From: a virus
Taxonomy: Duplodnaviria > Heunggongvirae > Uroviricota > Caudoviricetes
Length of the DNA: 64,000 nt
Virus record (IMG/VR): IMGVR_UViG_3300047462_000211
Direction: 5' to 3' (one strand)
Shown: positions 38,766 to 47,784 of the stretch, in pieces
How the letters are laid out: every line of letters begins with the position of its first letter
How positions within the stretch are numbered: the first letter of the stretch is position 1
Position numbers and translations under genes: made by a program
The notes under the pieces: generated by a model
The model's database searches: none
What the model was told of the DNA's origin: nothing
Seen by the model: the letters and a program-made list of their open reading frames with translations, nothing else

Positions 38766-38938
38766 TTATTCTTCTGTAAGTTTATTTTTTCTTGAAAAAT
38801 AAAAATATCTAAATTTATTTCATCAGATGCTTCAAATATAATTTCACTTGAATGAGGAAAATCAGAAAATTTCAATGACTTTAATGATTTTATGTCTTCA
38901 TATGAATAAAATATTTTTACTTTATTGCCCATATTCAT
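38711..38938 (-). CDS. Hypothetical protein (75 aa)
   Basis: ORF track. Confidence 0.35.
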   Translation of the reverse strand: MNMGNKVKIFYSYEDIKSLKSLKFSDFPHSSEIIFEASDEINLDIFIFQEKINLQKNNQRLQKIFFLSSLCGPSI

Positions 38939-39120
38939 TCCCCTCCAAGTAATTTATATAAAACACAATCTGATTTATTTTCAAAGAATATTTCATCTAT
39001 TTTTATATAAAAATCACCTGAACAATTCTGTTTGCACCAATTTAAAAGATTGTTATATCTGTATAAACTAACAGTAATTATTATGTTTTTCATATCATTT
39101 ATATCCAAAACATACGTCAT
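38935..39120 (-). CDS. Small WC..NC-motif protein (61 aa), paralog family member
   Basis: LNWCKQNCSGDFYI....FENKSDCVLYKLL. Compare 39363 and 47397. Confidence 0.5.
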   Translation of the reverse strand: MTYVLDINDMKNIIITVSLYRYNNLLNWCKQNCSGDFYIKIDEIFFENKSDCVLYKLLGGE

Positions 39121-39362
39121 TGAACGATGTGGTAATTTATATGAAAATTTTTTCTTTTTTTTGTAAATGTTCTTTAATAAAATTATTTATTTTTGGTATA
39201 TCCACTTCATTATATGATATTGGATGGTCGAAAATTATTTCTAATGCATGATATTCAATCGATGTGAGTATTATTTCTACTTTATTTAAAAAACACACAT
39301 GTTGTTTTTTCAGTATATTTCTAGTGTGTCATTAGTAAAATATAAAGATAGTTTACTCATTC

Positions 39363-39635
39363 TCATTCTTGTATGAGTTTATAAAGCGCGGCATCAGATT
39401 CTTTTTCAAACGATACCCCATTATATTCAATCAAATATTCACCAATGCAATTATTTTTACACCAATCAATAAGATTTTTGTATTTTGAAATTATAACAAC
39501 AAGTTCGAATCCAAAATCATTGTTTACTAACCATACAATCCAAGGGTTAAAATTAAATGCAATAGATAATTTTTGATTTGAAAGTAAATTATTTAATTTT
39601 TTATTTAAGTGAAATTTGCCAAAATGTGGAATCAT
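39363..39635 (-). CDS. Small WC..NC-motif protein (90 aa), paralog family member
   Basis: IDWCKNNCIGEYLI....FEKESDAALYKLI. Confidence 0.5.
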   Translation of the reverse strand: MIPHFGKFHLNKKLNNLLSNQKLSIAFNFNPWIVWLVNNDFGFELVVIISKYKNLIDWCKNNCIGEYLIEYNGVSFEKESDAALYKLIQE

Positions 39636-39803
39636 TTCATTTATATTTACATCATCAATGATTTCAAAATCTTGGAATTTATAATTCCAAAATTGTGGTT
39701 TTGTTAAAAAATATCATCATCATCAATGTAATTTACTTTTAACGGCATACCACATTTTGACAGAAATCAAACAAAAACACAAGTTTTAAAAAGATAAATA
39801 CTG

Positions 39804-40010
39804 TTGCGCGAGTCGCGGATGGCAAAATCCCACTCGCCCTATCGTTTGGGAGAAACAACAGCTTATGAATATAGAGGCAGAACAGCTTGGAATAAGGGGC
39901 TTTCTTTTCATACTGATGAAAATAAACAAAAAATTAGTGAAGCTTCAAAAAGAATGTGGGAAAATAAACGGAAAGAAAAATTAGAAGACCAAAAAGATAT
40001 GGGCTTATAG
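39804..40010 (+). CDS. Small basic protein with NUMOD3-like motif (homing-endonuclease DNA-binding module remnant?)
   Basis: SFHTDENKQKISEASKRMWENKRK resembles NUMOD3 (hs.EtK.KiSea..g). Local GC-rich 5' end. Stop lies inside a hairpin. Confidence 0.4.
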   Translation: MRESRMAKSHSPYRLGETTAYEYRGRTAWNKGLSFHTDENKQKISEASKRMWENKRKEKLEDQKDMGL

Positions 40011-40019
40011 CCCATATCT
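39993..40019. terminator. Bidirectional hairpin terminator: 12-bp perfect stem aagatatgggct/agcccatatctt, in which both convergent genes terminate
   Basis: Perfect palindrome read directly. Stop codons of 39804..40010 (+) and 40005..41615 (-) both lie within it. Confidence 0.7.
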
Positions 40020-41615
40020 TTTCTTTAATTCTTTTCTAATTTCCACAAAAACATCATCCCATTTTCCTTTTTCAGTTTGATAAAATATTTTCATATTTGG
40101 ATACCATTCTGATTCATTTGGAGTTCCTTCATTTTTGTGTTTTTCTTGATTCCACCGCCAGCAGCTATCTTTTCTTGAAATCATCCAAACTTCTGGACCA
40201 TCAATAGCAGCCGATAAATGTGCTGGTGCGGTATCTGCTGTTATAACTAAATCTAGCCCTTTTATAATATTTGCGGAATCAAGAAAATCAAAATTTGAAT
40301 TAAGTAATTTAGGAATTAGATGATTTTCTGCTTCTGCTGCTGGAACACCAAGTTGTAAAGAACCAAATTCTAAAGGTAAATCAAGCAAATTATCTTCAAA
40401 AATTTTGAAAAAAAGGCTCCTACGTTTGTCAACTGCCGCCAAATCCGCATCTTCGCGTTTATGTCCTGCCCAGACCAATCCAATTTTAGCAGACGTTTTG
40501 ACAACTTTTTCGCATTTAAGATATGGAATTGTATTTGGAATTGTTTCCATTGTTGTTTTAAAAATCAAAGGTGAGTTTAATAATGGCACTTCATAATCAT
40601 AAGGATATGCATCATTTCTTGTATCGGTTACATTTACATTTGGAAATGATAATTTAAATAATCTAACCAAAGGTGTTGGAACACAGACCCAGATTTCTTT
40701 TGCAATATTTTCATACATTGGAATATAACGACAAAATTGCAAACTGTCACCAAAACCTTGTTCATGAAATACACAGATTTTTTTATCTTTGATTTCTTCT
40801 AAAGTTGTTGCAACTGGCGCTCTAAAATCTGCTCTATCTTTTACTGTTAAAGTTGATTCCCAACGTCTTGCATAATGTTTCCAACCATTTTCATAATCAC
40901 CTTCATCCAAATAAAACAATGAAAGCATGAAAGCAACTTCAGCAGAATCTTCAATCTTTAAATAATCCAGACACATTTGTTTTGCATCTTCAACATGTTC
41001 ACCTTTAGCCATTCTATATGAAGCATGATTAAATTTCGCACGATGATTTTTTGGCTCAATTTCCAAAATTTTTGAATAACAATCAAACCCCAATCCTGGT
41101 TCATCTAATTTTCGGTATACGTTTCCGAGGTTTAACAAAATTTCAATTGATTTTGGATTTAATTTCAAACCTTCAAGAAATGCATCTCTTGCTTCAGTAT
41201 ATTTTTCCATACCAACCAAAGCATTTCCTTTACAAAAATACAATGTTTCATATTGATGATGATTTAAACCTTCACTTGCAAATAACATAGCTTCTTGTGG
41301 ATATTTTTCACAAAGAACAACAGAAGCATTTGCATACCAATTAATAACTTGTGGCATTAACATTGATGCAGTTTTTAATAATGGCAATCCCATCTCTGCT
41401 TTACCGTTTACAACCATTGCCAAACCAGAAATATGAAGCATTTCTGGAACACAATCATCTACGAATTTTTTAGAAATTCCTTCTAATAGTTTCTGATAAT
41501 TTTTTTCAAAATATAATTGCCAAAGATGTTGTACTTTACTTGGTTGGTGCGTTTCTTTTTTGTTATTATTATTCACAAATAAACCCTTTATTTTATTTTT
41601 GTTATTGTAGCGCAA
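40005..41615 (-). CDS. TPR-repeat protein fused to GT9-like (heptosyltransferase-family) glycosyltransferase domain
   Basis: N-terminal half with several TPR-like repeats (..AxxxFxxxLxxxP..LG..Y..). C-terminal half FHEQGFGDSLQFCRYIP...TAPAHLSAAIDGPEVW resembles GT9 motifs. Confidence 0.55.
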   Translation of the reverse strand: MRYNNKNKIKGLFVNNNNKKETHQPSKVQHLWQLYFEKNYQKLLEGISKKFVDDCVPEMLHISGLAMVVNGKAEMGLPLLKTASMLMPQVINWYANASVVLCEKYPQEAMLFASEGLNHHQYETLYFCKGNALVGMEKYTEARDAFLEGLKLNPKSIEILLNLGNVYRKLDEPGLGFDCYSKILEIEPKNHRAKFNHASYRMAKGEHVEDAKQMCLDYLKIEDSAEVAFMLSLFYLDEGDYENGWKHYARRWESTLTVKDRADFRAPVATTLEEIKDKKICVFHEQGFGDSLQFCRYIPMYENIAKEIWVCVPTPLVRLFKLSFPNVNVTDTRNDAYPYDYEVPLLNSPLIFKTTMETIPNTIPYLKCEKVVKTSAKIGLVWAGHKREDADLAAVDKRRSLFFKIFEDNLLDLPLEFGSLQLGVPAAEAENHLIPKLLNSNFDFLDSANIIKGLDLVITADTAPAHLSAAIDGPEVWMISRKDSCWRWNQEKHKNEGTPNESEWYPNMKIFYQTEKGKWDDVFVEIRKELKKRYGL

Positions 41616-41815
41616 TAATTATTTTTTAATCAATATATTATTTTAAAATAAATGAATTATTTTTTCATCCACCAAATTCAGGTTTAAGATTTCCTTCTTC
41701 ATCCAAAATACCTTCTTTTATTAAACAACGTTCTGCTGCTTCAGGCGTTTCTGTATGCTTTTTTGTATATTTTTCTACAAATTGTTTGAATTTTTTTAAT
41801 TGCTCTTGATTCATA

Positions 41816-42334
41816 TTACCAAATCATCTTTTTTAATATTGGTTGCCCTTTGAATAAATTTTCAGCAAAATATAAAAAACTAAATTTGTTACGTTTTACC
41901 CATGTTTTTAATGTTGGATATTCTACAGCAAAATCAATTCCTAATTTTTCATTACCAAGTCCTTCATCAGTTAGATACAATTCCAATTGATGGGTTTTTG
42001 CAATATCTTGGGCAACGAGAGATGAAATAGTTTCTGCAAACCACCAATTAATATCCCCTCGTTGATGACGCCATTCTATTTTTTTATTGTTGTTCCAATA
42101 TGAAAATTCTCCTAATTTTTCATAAGTATCAGGGGATATAATCGTTACTGTAGCACCTTCTGGTTCAATTTCAAAATTCATGTTTATGCCAACAAATCTG
42201 TTTTGTATAACAGACAAAGATGCACAAAAATGCGCAAATAATACTCCAGGTTTCAATCTTTTTTTAGAATGTAAAAATGCATGATTTACCATTAAACACC
42301 TTTTTTTCCAGGAGTTTTGAAAGACCATTTCCAA
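41816..42334 (-). CDS. Hypothetical protein (172 aa)
   Basis: ORF track. Confidence 0.4.
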   Translation of the reverse strand: MEMVFQNSWKKRCLMVNHAFLHSKKRLKPGVLFAHFCASLSVIQNRFVGINMNFEIEPEGATVTIISPDTYEKLGEFSYWNNNKKIEWRHQRGDINWWFAETISSLVAQDIAKTHQLELYLTDEGLGNEKLGIDFAVEYPTLKTWVKRNKFSFLYFAENLFKGQPILKKMIW

Positions 42335-43005
42335 AATCCATGTTTTTCAAATTTTATTTTATCATCAATTTTTACCATTTCATTTCCAGCATTTGGCAAA
42401 ACACCAGTAACGTATTGTTCAATCATTTGATGAGTTTGGAAAGCATCAAACAATCTAAAAAACTCAACGTTTTTTAAATCATCTCGATTATATGAAATTT
42501 TATATTCTTGAAAATAATCTTCTTGTATTACCATCACAACGATTTTATTGTTAATCATCCATTCCAAAGAAGATTTTGATAATGATTTTTCACCAAAATA
42601 TTTTTCATCAAAATCAGCTTCATTATGTTTTTTAAACCAAATTTTATTGGTAAAAGCTTCATATTCATATTCAACAAGAAATTTTTCAAATGATTCCATT
42701 GTCCAAAAATATTGAGTTTTTGGAAATGAAGATGTTTTATAATCATAATCTGGTTTGTATCGAATTCCTTGCCATGCTTTATCAGCAATCACAACAAACA
42801 CAGAAGATAACTTATGTTCTATATAAGAACGAAAAGATTTGTCTTTTTTGCCCTTTAAAGTCAAAGAACATAAATTGTATAATTCTGGCAAAGGTAATGT
42901 GTTGGAAAGAAACTGGTCAATATTATTACGAACAAAGCATACAGATGTATCAACACCAAATTGCGCTGCTGAATCGTAGTAATCTTTGCCACCAATAATT
43001 CTCAT
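42292..43005 (-). CDS. Hypothetical protein (237 aa)
   Basis: ORF track. Confidence 0.45.
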   Translation of the reverse strand: MRIIGGKDYYDSAAQFGVDTSVCFVRNNIDQFLSNTLPLPELYNLCSLTLKGKKDKSFRSYIEHKLSSVFVVIADKAWQGIRYKPDYDYKTSSFPKTQYFWTMESFEKFLVEYEYEAFTNKIWFKKHNEADFDEKYFGEKSLSKSSLEWMINNKIVVMVIQEDYFQEYKISYNRDDLKNVEFFRLFDAFQTHQMIEQYVTGVLPNAGNEMVKIDDKIKFEKHGFWKWSFKTPGKKGV

Positions 43006-43044
43006 AGAGAATAATCTATCAAATATTAATAACTTTCGTCAAGA

Positions 43045-43278
43045 TTAATCTTCCAAACGAAACTCAGGAAACATATCAATGATTTCTTCTTCTGTAAGAA
43101 AATTTTTAGCAACCAATTTTTCAATTAGTTGCGCCAACATCTTTTTGGTTTTTTTCAAAGACGATTTTAAAATATGTTCTTCTGTTTGGTCAGTATATGG
43201 ATACTCTCCTTCAAGAGTTCTATCAACCATATCTCTGATTGTTGCATCAGTATTAAAAACACTTTTAAAAACAGCCAT
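43045..43278 (-). CDS. Small acidic protein (77 aa)
   Basis: ORF track. Confidence 0.4.
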   Translation of the reverse strand: MAVFKSVFNTDATIRDMVDRTLEGEYPYTDQTEEHILKSSLKKTKKMLAQLIEKLVAKNFLTEEEIIDMFPEFRLED

Positions 43279-44510
43279 TAAACCAACTCTAATTTATGAG
43301 TTTTCACAATTATTCCAAGTTGTGGATTACCGCGTTTATATCCACCAGTATACCATTTCAGCTTTTTGCAATGAACACAACGCTGTCTGGTGGTTGAATT
43401 TTCTTCATAGACATAAGCATGGTCGCATTTTCTGTTGCCATCGTTCTTATAAGAACGCCATGACCCCATTACATCATGTTGTCTCTTATCAGATGTTCCA
43501 AAACTATCACGAACATATTGTTCCACAATTTCACGAGGAACTTTCAAAGACACTGTGATATGTTCGATATATGGAACAATTTTTCCAGCAATCAATTTTT
43601 TTTGTTGCGGACGAGATGATTTTGTTTGGGTAATATATTCTCTGGTATTAATTAATGCCAACAGCGACACAATGAACCGATATGTTCCTGCTGATTCAAC
43701 AACATCACTGCGCAAATATTCCTTAATCACTTTTGGTTCAATATCATATGTTGAAATTACTTCTTGTTTGGTGATTGGAGTCAAACAAGTAGTGCAATGT
43801 TCCATGAATTCTTCACAGACATTTACTTTCGTAATACCAGCATAAAAATGGTCAGGTACTTTTGAATGATGCCCATAAGGCAATAGTTGCACAGCATCAA
43901 CCATATTTTTTAAATTGGCTGTTACATAAGCAGTGCCAACATTCGCCTTGTTTAAAAAGCTTTCATCATATGACGTAACATTTTTGATGAATTCGATTTC
44001 TTTTTTATTTGGTGATGGTTTTTCATCAGTGCGGAAAACATATGATAATGGTGAAATCAGAATTTTGCTTGCACCAAAACCATTACCAATTCCACCAACA
44101 ATGGTCATTCGATAAAGTGGTTTATCAGATTGGATTGTTTGGATAAAACATCCAATTTTTTCTGGCGCATCTGGGTGTGCTTCTTCGCCACCAGAAGTGC
44201 ATGCAACACGATTAAACCATTCAACATATATGTTTTCAAATGGCAATCTGGCACGGCGCAACAATTGGATTAATATTTCTGGCTGTTCGATACCAATTCT
44301 GGCAGCAGTTTTTGTTACTTCTTCATCAACCAAGAATTGTTTTGAATTTTGAACAAGAACACGCAAAGCATCACCATGCTGTTTGCGTGTTTTATTGTCC
44401 TTTGCTGTAAGCAAAAATCCCAAAGGATTATTTGCAGCAAGAGAAATATTATCAATTAAATTCATTTTCATATTCTTGATTAATCCGCTTTTAGGATTGA
44501 GCCACAGCAC
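43278..44510 (-). CDS. Hypothetical protein (410 aa) with C-terminal C..H...CxxC cluster
   Basis: ORF track. No RuvC or other catalytic motif recognised. Confidence 0.45.
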   Translation of the reverse strand: MLWLNPKSGLIKNMKMNLIDNISLAANNPLGFLLTAKDNKTRKQHGDALRVLVQNSKQFLVDEEVTKTAARIGIEQPEILIQLLRRARLPFENIYVEWFNRVACTSGGEEAHPDAPEKIGCFIQTIQSDKPLYRMTIVGGIGNGFGASKILISPLSYVFRTDEKPSPNKKEIEFIKNVTSYDESFLNKANVGTAYVTANLKNMVDAVQLLPYGHHSKVPDHFYAGITKVNVCEEFMEHCTTCLTPITKQEVISTYDIEPKVIKEYLRSDVVESAGTYRFIVSLLALINTREYITQTKSSRPQQKKLIAGKIVPYIEHITVSLKVPREIVEQYVRDSFGTSDKRQHDVMGSWRSYKNDGNRKCDHAYVYEENSTTRQRCVHCKKLKWYTGGYKRGNPQLGIIVKTHKLELV

Positions 44511-44800
44511 TTACAAATTTTCATCGGATGCTTTTGCATGTATTCAATAATATTTTTACATACATCCAAAGCATTATCCAATTGTTTACGATTTGCCTTT
44601 AACAAAACAGGCTCAAAATCACCGTTGCCCAAAGTTGTACCAAGAGCATGCATCAACGATGCCAATGCCATGCCACCCATGTACATTGAATTACAACTAT
44701 CAGGACCAGAGCGATAATATACCGCTTGGCGAATTAAATTACGGTCTTTATCAATCGTATTCATCTGGTGGATGGTAATAATGCCATTCCGCACGCTCAT
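44480..44800 (-). CDS. Hypothetical protein (about 94-106 aa)
   Basis: ORF track. Real start may be Met13 (44764), because the upstream unlisted zinc-ribbon ORF ends at 44751. Confidence 0.4.
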   Translation of the reverse strand: MSVRNGIITIHQMNTIDKDRNLIRQAVYYRSGPDSCNSMYMGGMALASLMHALGTTLGNGDFEPVLLKANRKQLDNALDVCKNIIEYMQKHPMKICKCCGSILKAD

Positions 44801-44909
44801 TGGCGTGGTCGATTGCCTTATCTTGGCATCGATTACACATGTTTAATTCTTCTTCCATAGAAGAGAAGAGAGTATTCTTTTTGCAATGCGGGCAAATATC
44901 GTATTTCAT
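44751..44909 (-). CDS. Unlisted 52-aa zinc-ribbon protein (CPHC...CNRC)
   Basis: Manual translation of the minus strand: MKYDICPHCKKNTLFSSMEEELNMCNRCQDKAIDHANERAEWHYYHPPDEYD. Confidence 0.4.
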   Translation of the reverse strand: MKYDICPHCKKNTLFSSMEEELNMCNRCQDKAIDHANERAEWHYYHPPDEYD

Positions 44910-44950
44910 ATATTGATAATACCATATAAAATTTATTTGTCAACCATATA

Positions 44951-45484
44951 TTATATAAAATTAGTTAAATCTTGTCTTTCGTATTCATTATATTCCAAAG
45001 ATTTAAGTATTTTTTCAAGGGGAATTGCATATCCTTCTGTATCCCAACATTTATTTTTTATTATATTTTTTGAATATTTTTGAGTTTTTATTAAATTATT
45101 GATTATTAGACAAAGTTTATTTACATCATAAAAAATATATAAAATTTTATTTTTTGTAAAATAATTACCAAATAATACATGTTCATTGATTATTTGTCCC
45201 TCTTGTACAGTGCGGTATGGACCACCTATTTTTTCTCTTTGTACATCACTAAAAGTTTCAACAAACATATTTTTTGTGTCATCGTAATTTTCAGATTTCA
45301 TTTCTAAATAACAAATATCATTTCCAAAATTTACTATATAATCTATACCTTTAATTTGTTTATTTTTTCTTGCGTTTGAAAATATAGTGTTTGTTTTCAT
45401 CCAAGCATTAACAGCTTCATCTGCGTAATGATTTCCAAAATTCAAATCATTTTTAAAATTAATTTCTCCATTTATCATTTTCAT
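44951..45484 (-). CDS. PD-(D/E)XK-family nuclease candidate (177 aa), co-transcribed immediately downstream of a Dam-like MTase
   Basis: E..(ADEAV) ... GIDYIV ... 13 aa ... YLEMK gives the E / D / ExK arrangement. Start overlaps the MTase stop by 26 nt. Confidence 0.45.
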   Translation of the reverse strand: MKMINGEINFKNDLNFGNHYADEAVNAWMKTNTIFSNARKNKQIKGIDYIVNFGNDICYLEMKSENYDDTKNMFVETFSDVQREKIGGPYRTVQEGQIINEHVLFGNYFTKNKILYIFYDVNKLCLIINNLIKTQKYSKNIIKNKCWDTEGYAIPLEKILKSLEYNEYERQDLTNFI

Positions 45485-46205
45485 ATATTCCCATTACTTC
45501 AGTATCTCCCTGTTTTGCACCATTTACTCTCATTTTTCTTGATGAAACCGCACTAATGTTTTGTTTTTTAAAATTATATTCTCTGTCAAAAAGTATAATG
45601 GTTTTTGCTATTTTTTTAATTTCGTTTATATAATCCCAGTAAATAGTATAATCAAAAATAGTATTATATGATGCTTGAGAATTTTGATATGGTGGGTCAA
45701 TTACTATAGTTTTGCCAATTAAAAATTCTTTTGGTATATCAATATAAGATAAATTTAAACATTTTGGTGATAATTCGGTCCAACGTACCAAGGCTAAATC
45801 ATACTCTGGTTTAACATTTATATTTTTTAAATTAAAATCTTTTTTCATTGGAACATTAAATCCATTTTTGGAATATCTAAAAACCCCAGAAAAACTCATT
45901 TTTTGTAAACAATATATATATTTCCACCATTCAATATCTTTTCGATATTTCATGTAATCTTCTTTGGTAAATGTTTCAAGAACAATTAATTTGTCAAAAT
46001 TTGCCATAATTTTGTAAACAATTGAATCGATATCGTTCAAAATTGCGGTTTTTGCTAAATTTGCTGAAATTACAGAAGAACCACAAAAAAGTTCAACAAA
46101 ATTTTCATTTTTAAATTCTTGTAAATCCTTTATCCAATAAGCTTTTGAGCCTACATAAGACGGTAAAAATTTTATTAAATTTGTTTTCAAACTATTATTT
46201 CTCAA
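45459..46205 (-). CDS. N6-adenine DNA methyltransferase, D12/Dam-like class
   Basis: N-terminal YVGSKAYW, FCGSSVIS (AdoMet motif I-like), catalytic DPPYQN. Confidence 0.75.
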   Translation of the reverse strand: MRNNSLKTNLIKFLPSYVGSKAYWIKDLQEFKNENFVELFCGSSVISANLAKTAILNDIDSIVYKIMANFDKLIVLETFTKEDYMKYRKDIEWWKYIYCLQKMSFSGVFRYSKNGFNVPMKKDFNLKNINVKPEYDLALVRWTELSPKCLNLSYIDIPKEFLIGKTIVIDPPYQNSQASYNTIFDYTIYWDYINEIKKIAKTIILFDREYNFKKQNISAVSSRKMRVNGAKQGDTEVMGIYENDKWRN

Positions 46206-46741
46206 AAGAAAAATAATATCAAAAATAAATAAAAATATCTATAAATAAATTTATGAGATTTATTGAATTATTTGAAGGCAGAGAATCGCCTTTATATCAC
46301 GGCACAGACCTTTTTGCTGCTATGGAAATTATAAACAAAAATGAAATTTTGAATCGAACTTATATGTGTCAAAAAAAACTTTGGTAATTTAAAATTGACC
46401 AATTAAAATTATCTTATAATCATAAAATAATTCCAGTAGATTATTGGCAACCTGTAGATTCAAAAATTACTGTAAGAAATCCACAAAAAACCAAGGTTTT
46501 TACAGCAAACTTGACGAGGATTAATTATGAAGCAGAAGAATTTTGTGTTGGTTCTATTAAACCATTAAATAAATATCTTTTGCAAATTTTGATGAAAACA
46601 TCTTTTCTTGAAAATCTTAAAAGCAGTAAATGATTGGCACGATGAATATTCGATAATAACATCACACCCATTATTTAAATTATATTAACTTATTTAATAT
46701 TAAAATTTTCAATAAATATCTGATAAAAAGGGAATTTTTAT

Positions 46742-47098
46742 ATGAAAATTATAGAAAAAATTAAAACAATGAATGATATTGTTGCAATTAAAACGACAAA
46801 TATTGTAAACACAATGTGGTGCACTTATGCATTCGTTTTATTATGTTTTTTGCCAGTTATTTTTACTGCTTGGCAAAATAATATTCTATACCTTTCAAAC
46901 TGCCTTCAATTGGTATTTTTGCCACTCATCCTTGTGGCTGGTAATTTATTAGGAAAAAATGCAGAAGATAGAGCAATATCTGACCATAAAAAACTGATTA
47001 AAGAGTTTCATCTTCTTAAAGAAGAAAATGCTAAATTACAACTTATTTTGACAAAATTAGAAGGCATTGAAGCAAAAATTTCACAAAATAATGGTTGA
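46742..47098 (+). CDS. Small membrane protein with 2 TM helices and coiled-coil C-terminus (holin-like topology)
   Basis: Hydrophobic stretches at about aa 25-45 and 55-72, then a charged heptad-rich tail. Function is a guess. Confidence 0.35.
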   Translation: MKIIEKIKTMNDIVAIKTTNIVNTMWCTYAFVLLCFLPVIFTAWQNNILYLSNCLQLVFLPLILVAGNLLGKNAEDRAISDHKKLIKEFHLLKEENAKLQLILTKLEGIEAKISQNNG

Positions 47099-47130
47099 TT
47101 GAGTTTTAAAAGTAAGGTAACCATATCGTC

Positions 47131-47391
47131 ATGATGACAAAACACGCACCATTGGATGCCGATAACCCAAGTTTGAATTATCTTTCTATGGAAGATACTC
47201 AAAGAAAACGTGGCATTTATGAGAAAATTGAAAATATGTTCTGGTTAGTTCATCCAGAAAATGGTTTGATTTTTTATAAAAATTCTCCACAATGCCATAT
47301 GGACGAAACAGTTATTAAAAGAATGCAGATTGTTTATCCGTGGTCAGAAATTAAATTTTTTGAAAAAGTATTGGTTCGTTTTACAGAATAA
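47131..47391 (+). CDS. Hypothetical protein (86 aa)
   Basis: ORF track. Confidence 0.4.
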   Translation: MMTKHAPLDADNPSLNYLSMEDTQRKRGIYEKIENMFWLVHPENGLIFYKNSPQCHMDETVIKRMQIVYPWSEIKFFEKVLVRFTE

Positions 47392-47396
47392 GTTGT

Positions 47397-47705
47397 TTAA
47401 ATCAAACAAAGTTTAAATAATGTTGCATCATTTTTTGATTTGAATGCAAATTCTTTTTCATTAAATACCCAATCTTCATTACAATTTTCTTGGCACCAAT
47501 GAATTAAATTATTTAGTTCTAAAAATTTAAAACATCTATGGATAACAGTATATCCAAAAGTTTCGTCAATTATTTTTACATATTTTGGATAAAAACAGGA
47601 AATTTCTGTTTGCTCTATGTTACGTTTTCTTGGTGGCATAGATAAACAACTGTAAAGTATATCAATTTTTAAAAAATATTCAGAAATACTATCACCAAAA
47701 CTCAT
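47397..47705 (-). CDS. Small WC..NC-motif protein (102 aa), paralog family member
   Basis: IHWCQENCNEDWVF....FKSKNDATLFKL. Confidence 0.5.
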   Translation of the reverse strand: MSFGDSISEYFLKIDILYSCLSMPPRKRNIEQTEISCFYPKYVKIIDETFGYTVIHRCFKFLELNNLIHWCQENCNEDWVFNEKEFAFKSKNDATLFKLCLI

Positions 47706-47784
47706 GAAATTATTTAGCGATTATAATTTATTGATTTTGATTATCTTTAATTTTATATTGAAGAATAAATTTTGGAAGCCAAAA

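Noticed and set aside
43278-44510. Cas12/TnpB-like effector that could pair with the mini-array
   Set aside because: The C-terminal Cys cluster exists, but no RuvC-I/II/III motifs (IGIDxG, E, DxNAA) are present.
46742-47098. Calling this a holin with confidence
   Set aside because: Only topology (two TM helices plus a charged tail) supports it. No adjacent endolysin was recognised, so it is kept as a low-confidence note.
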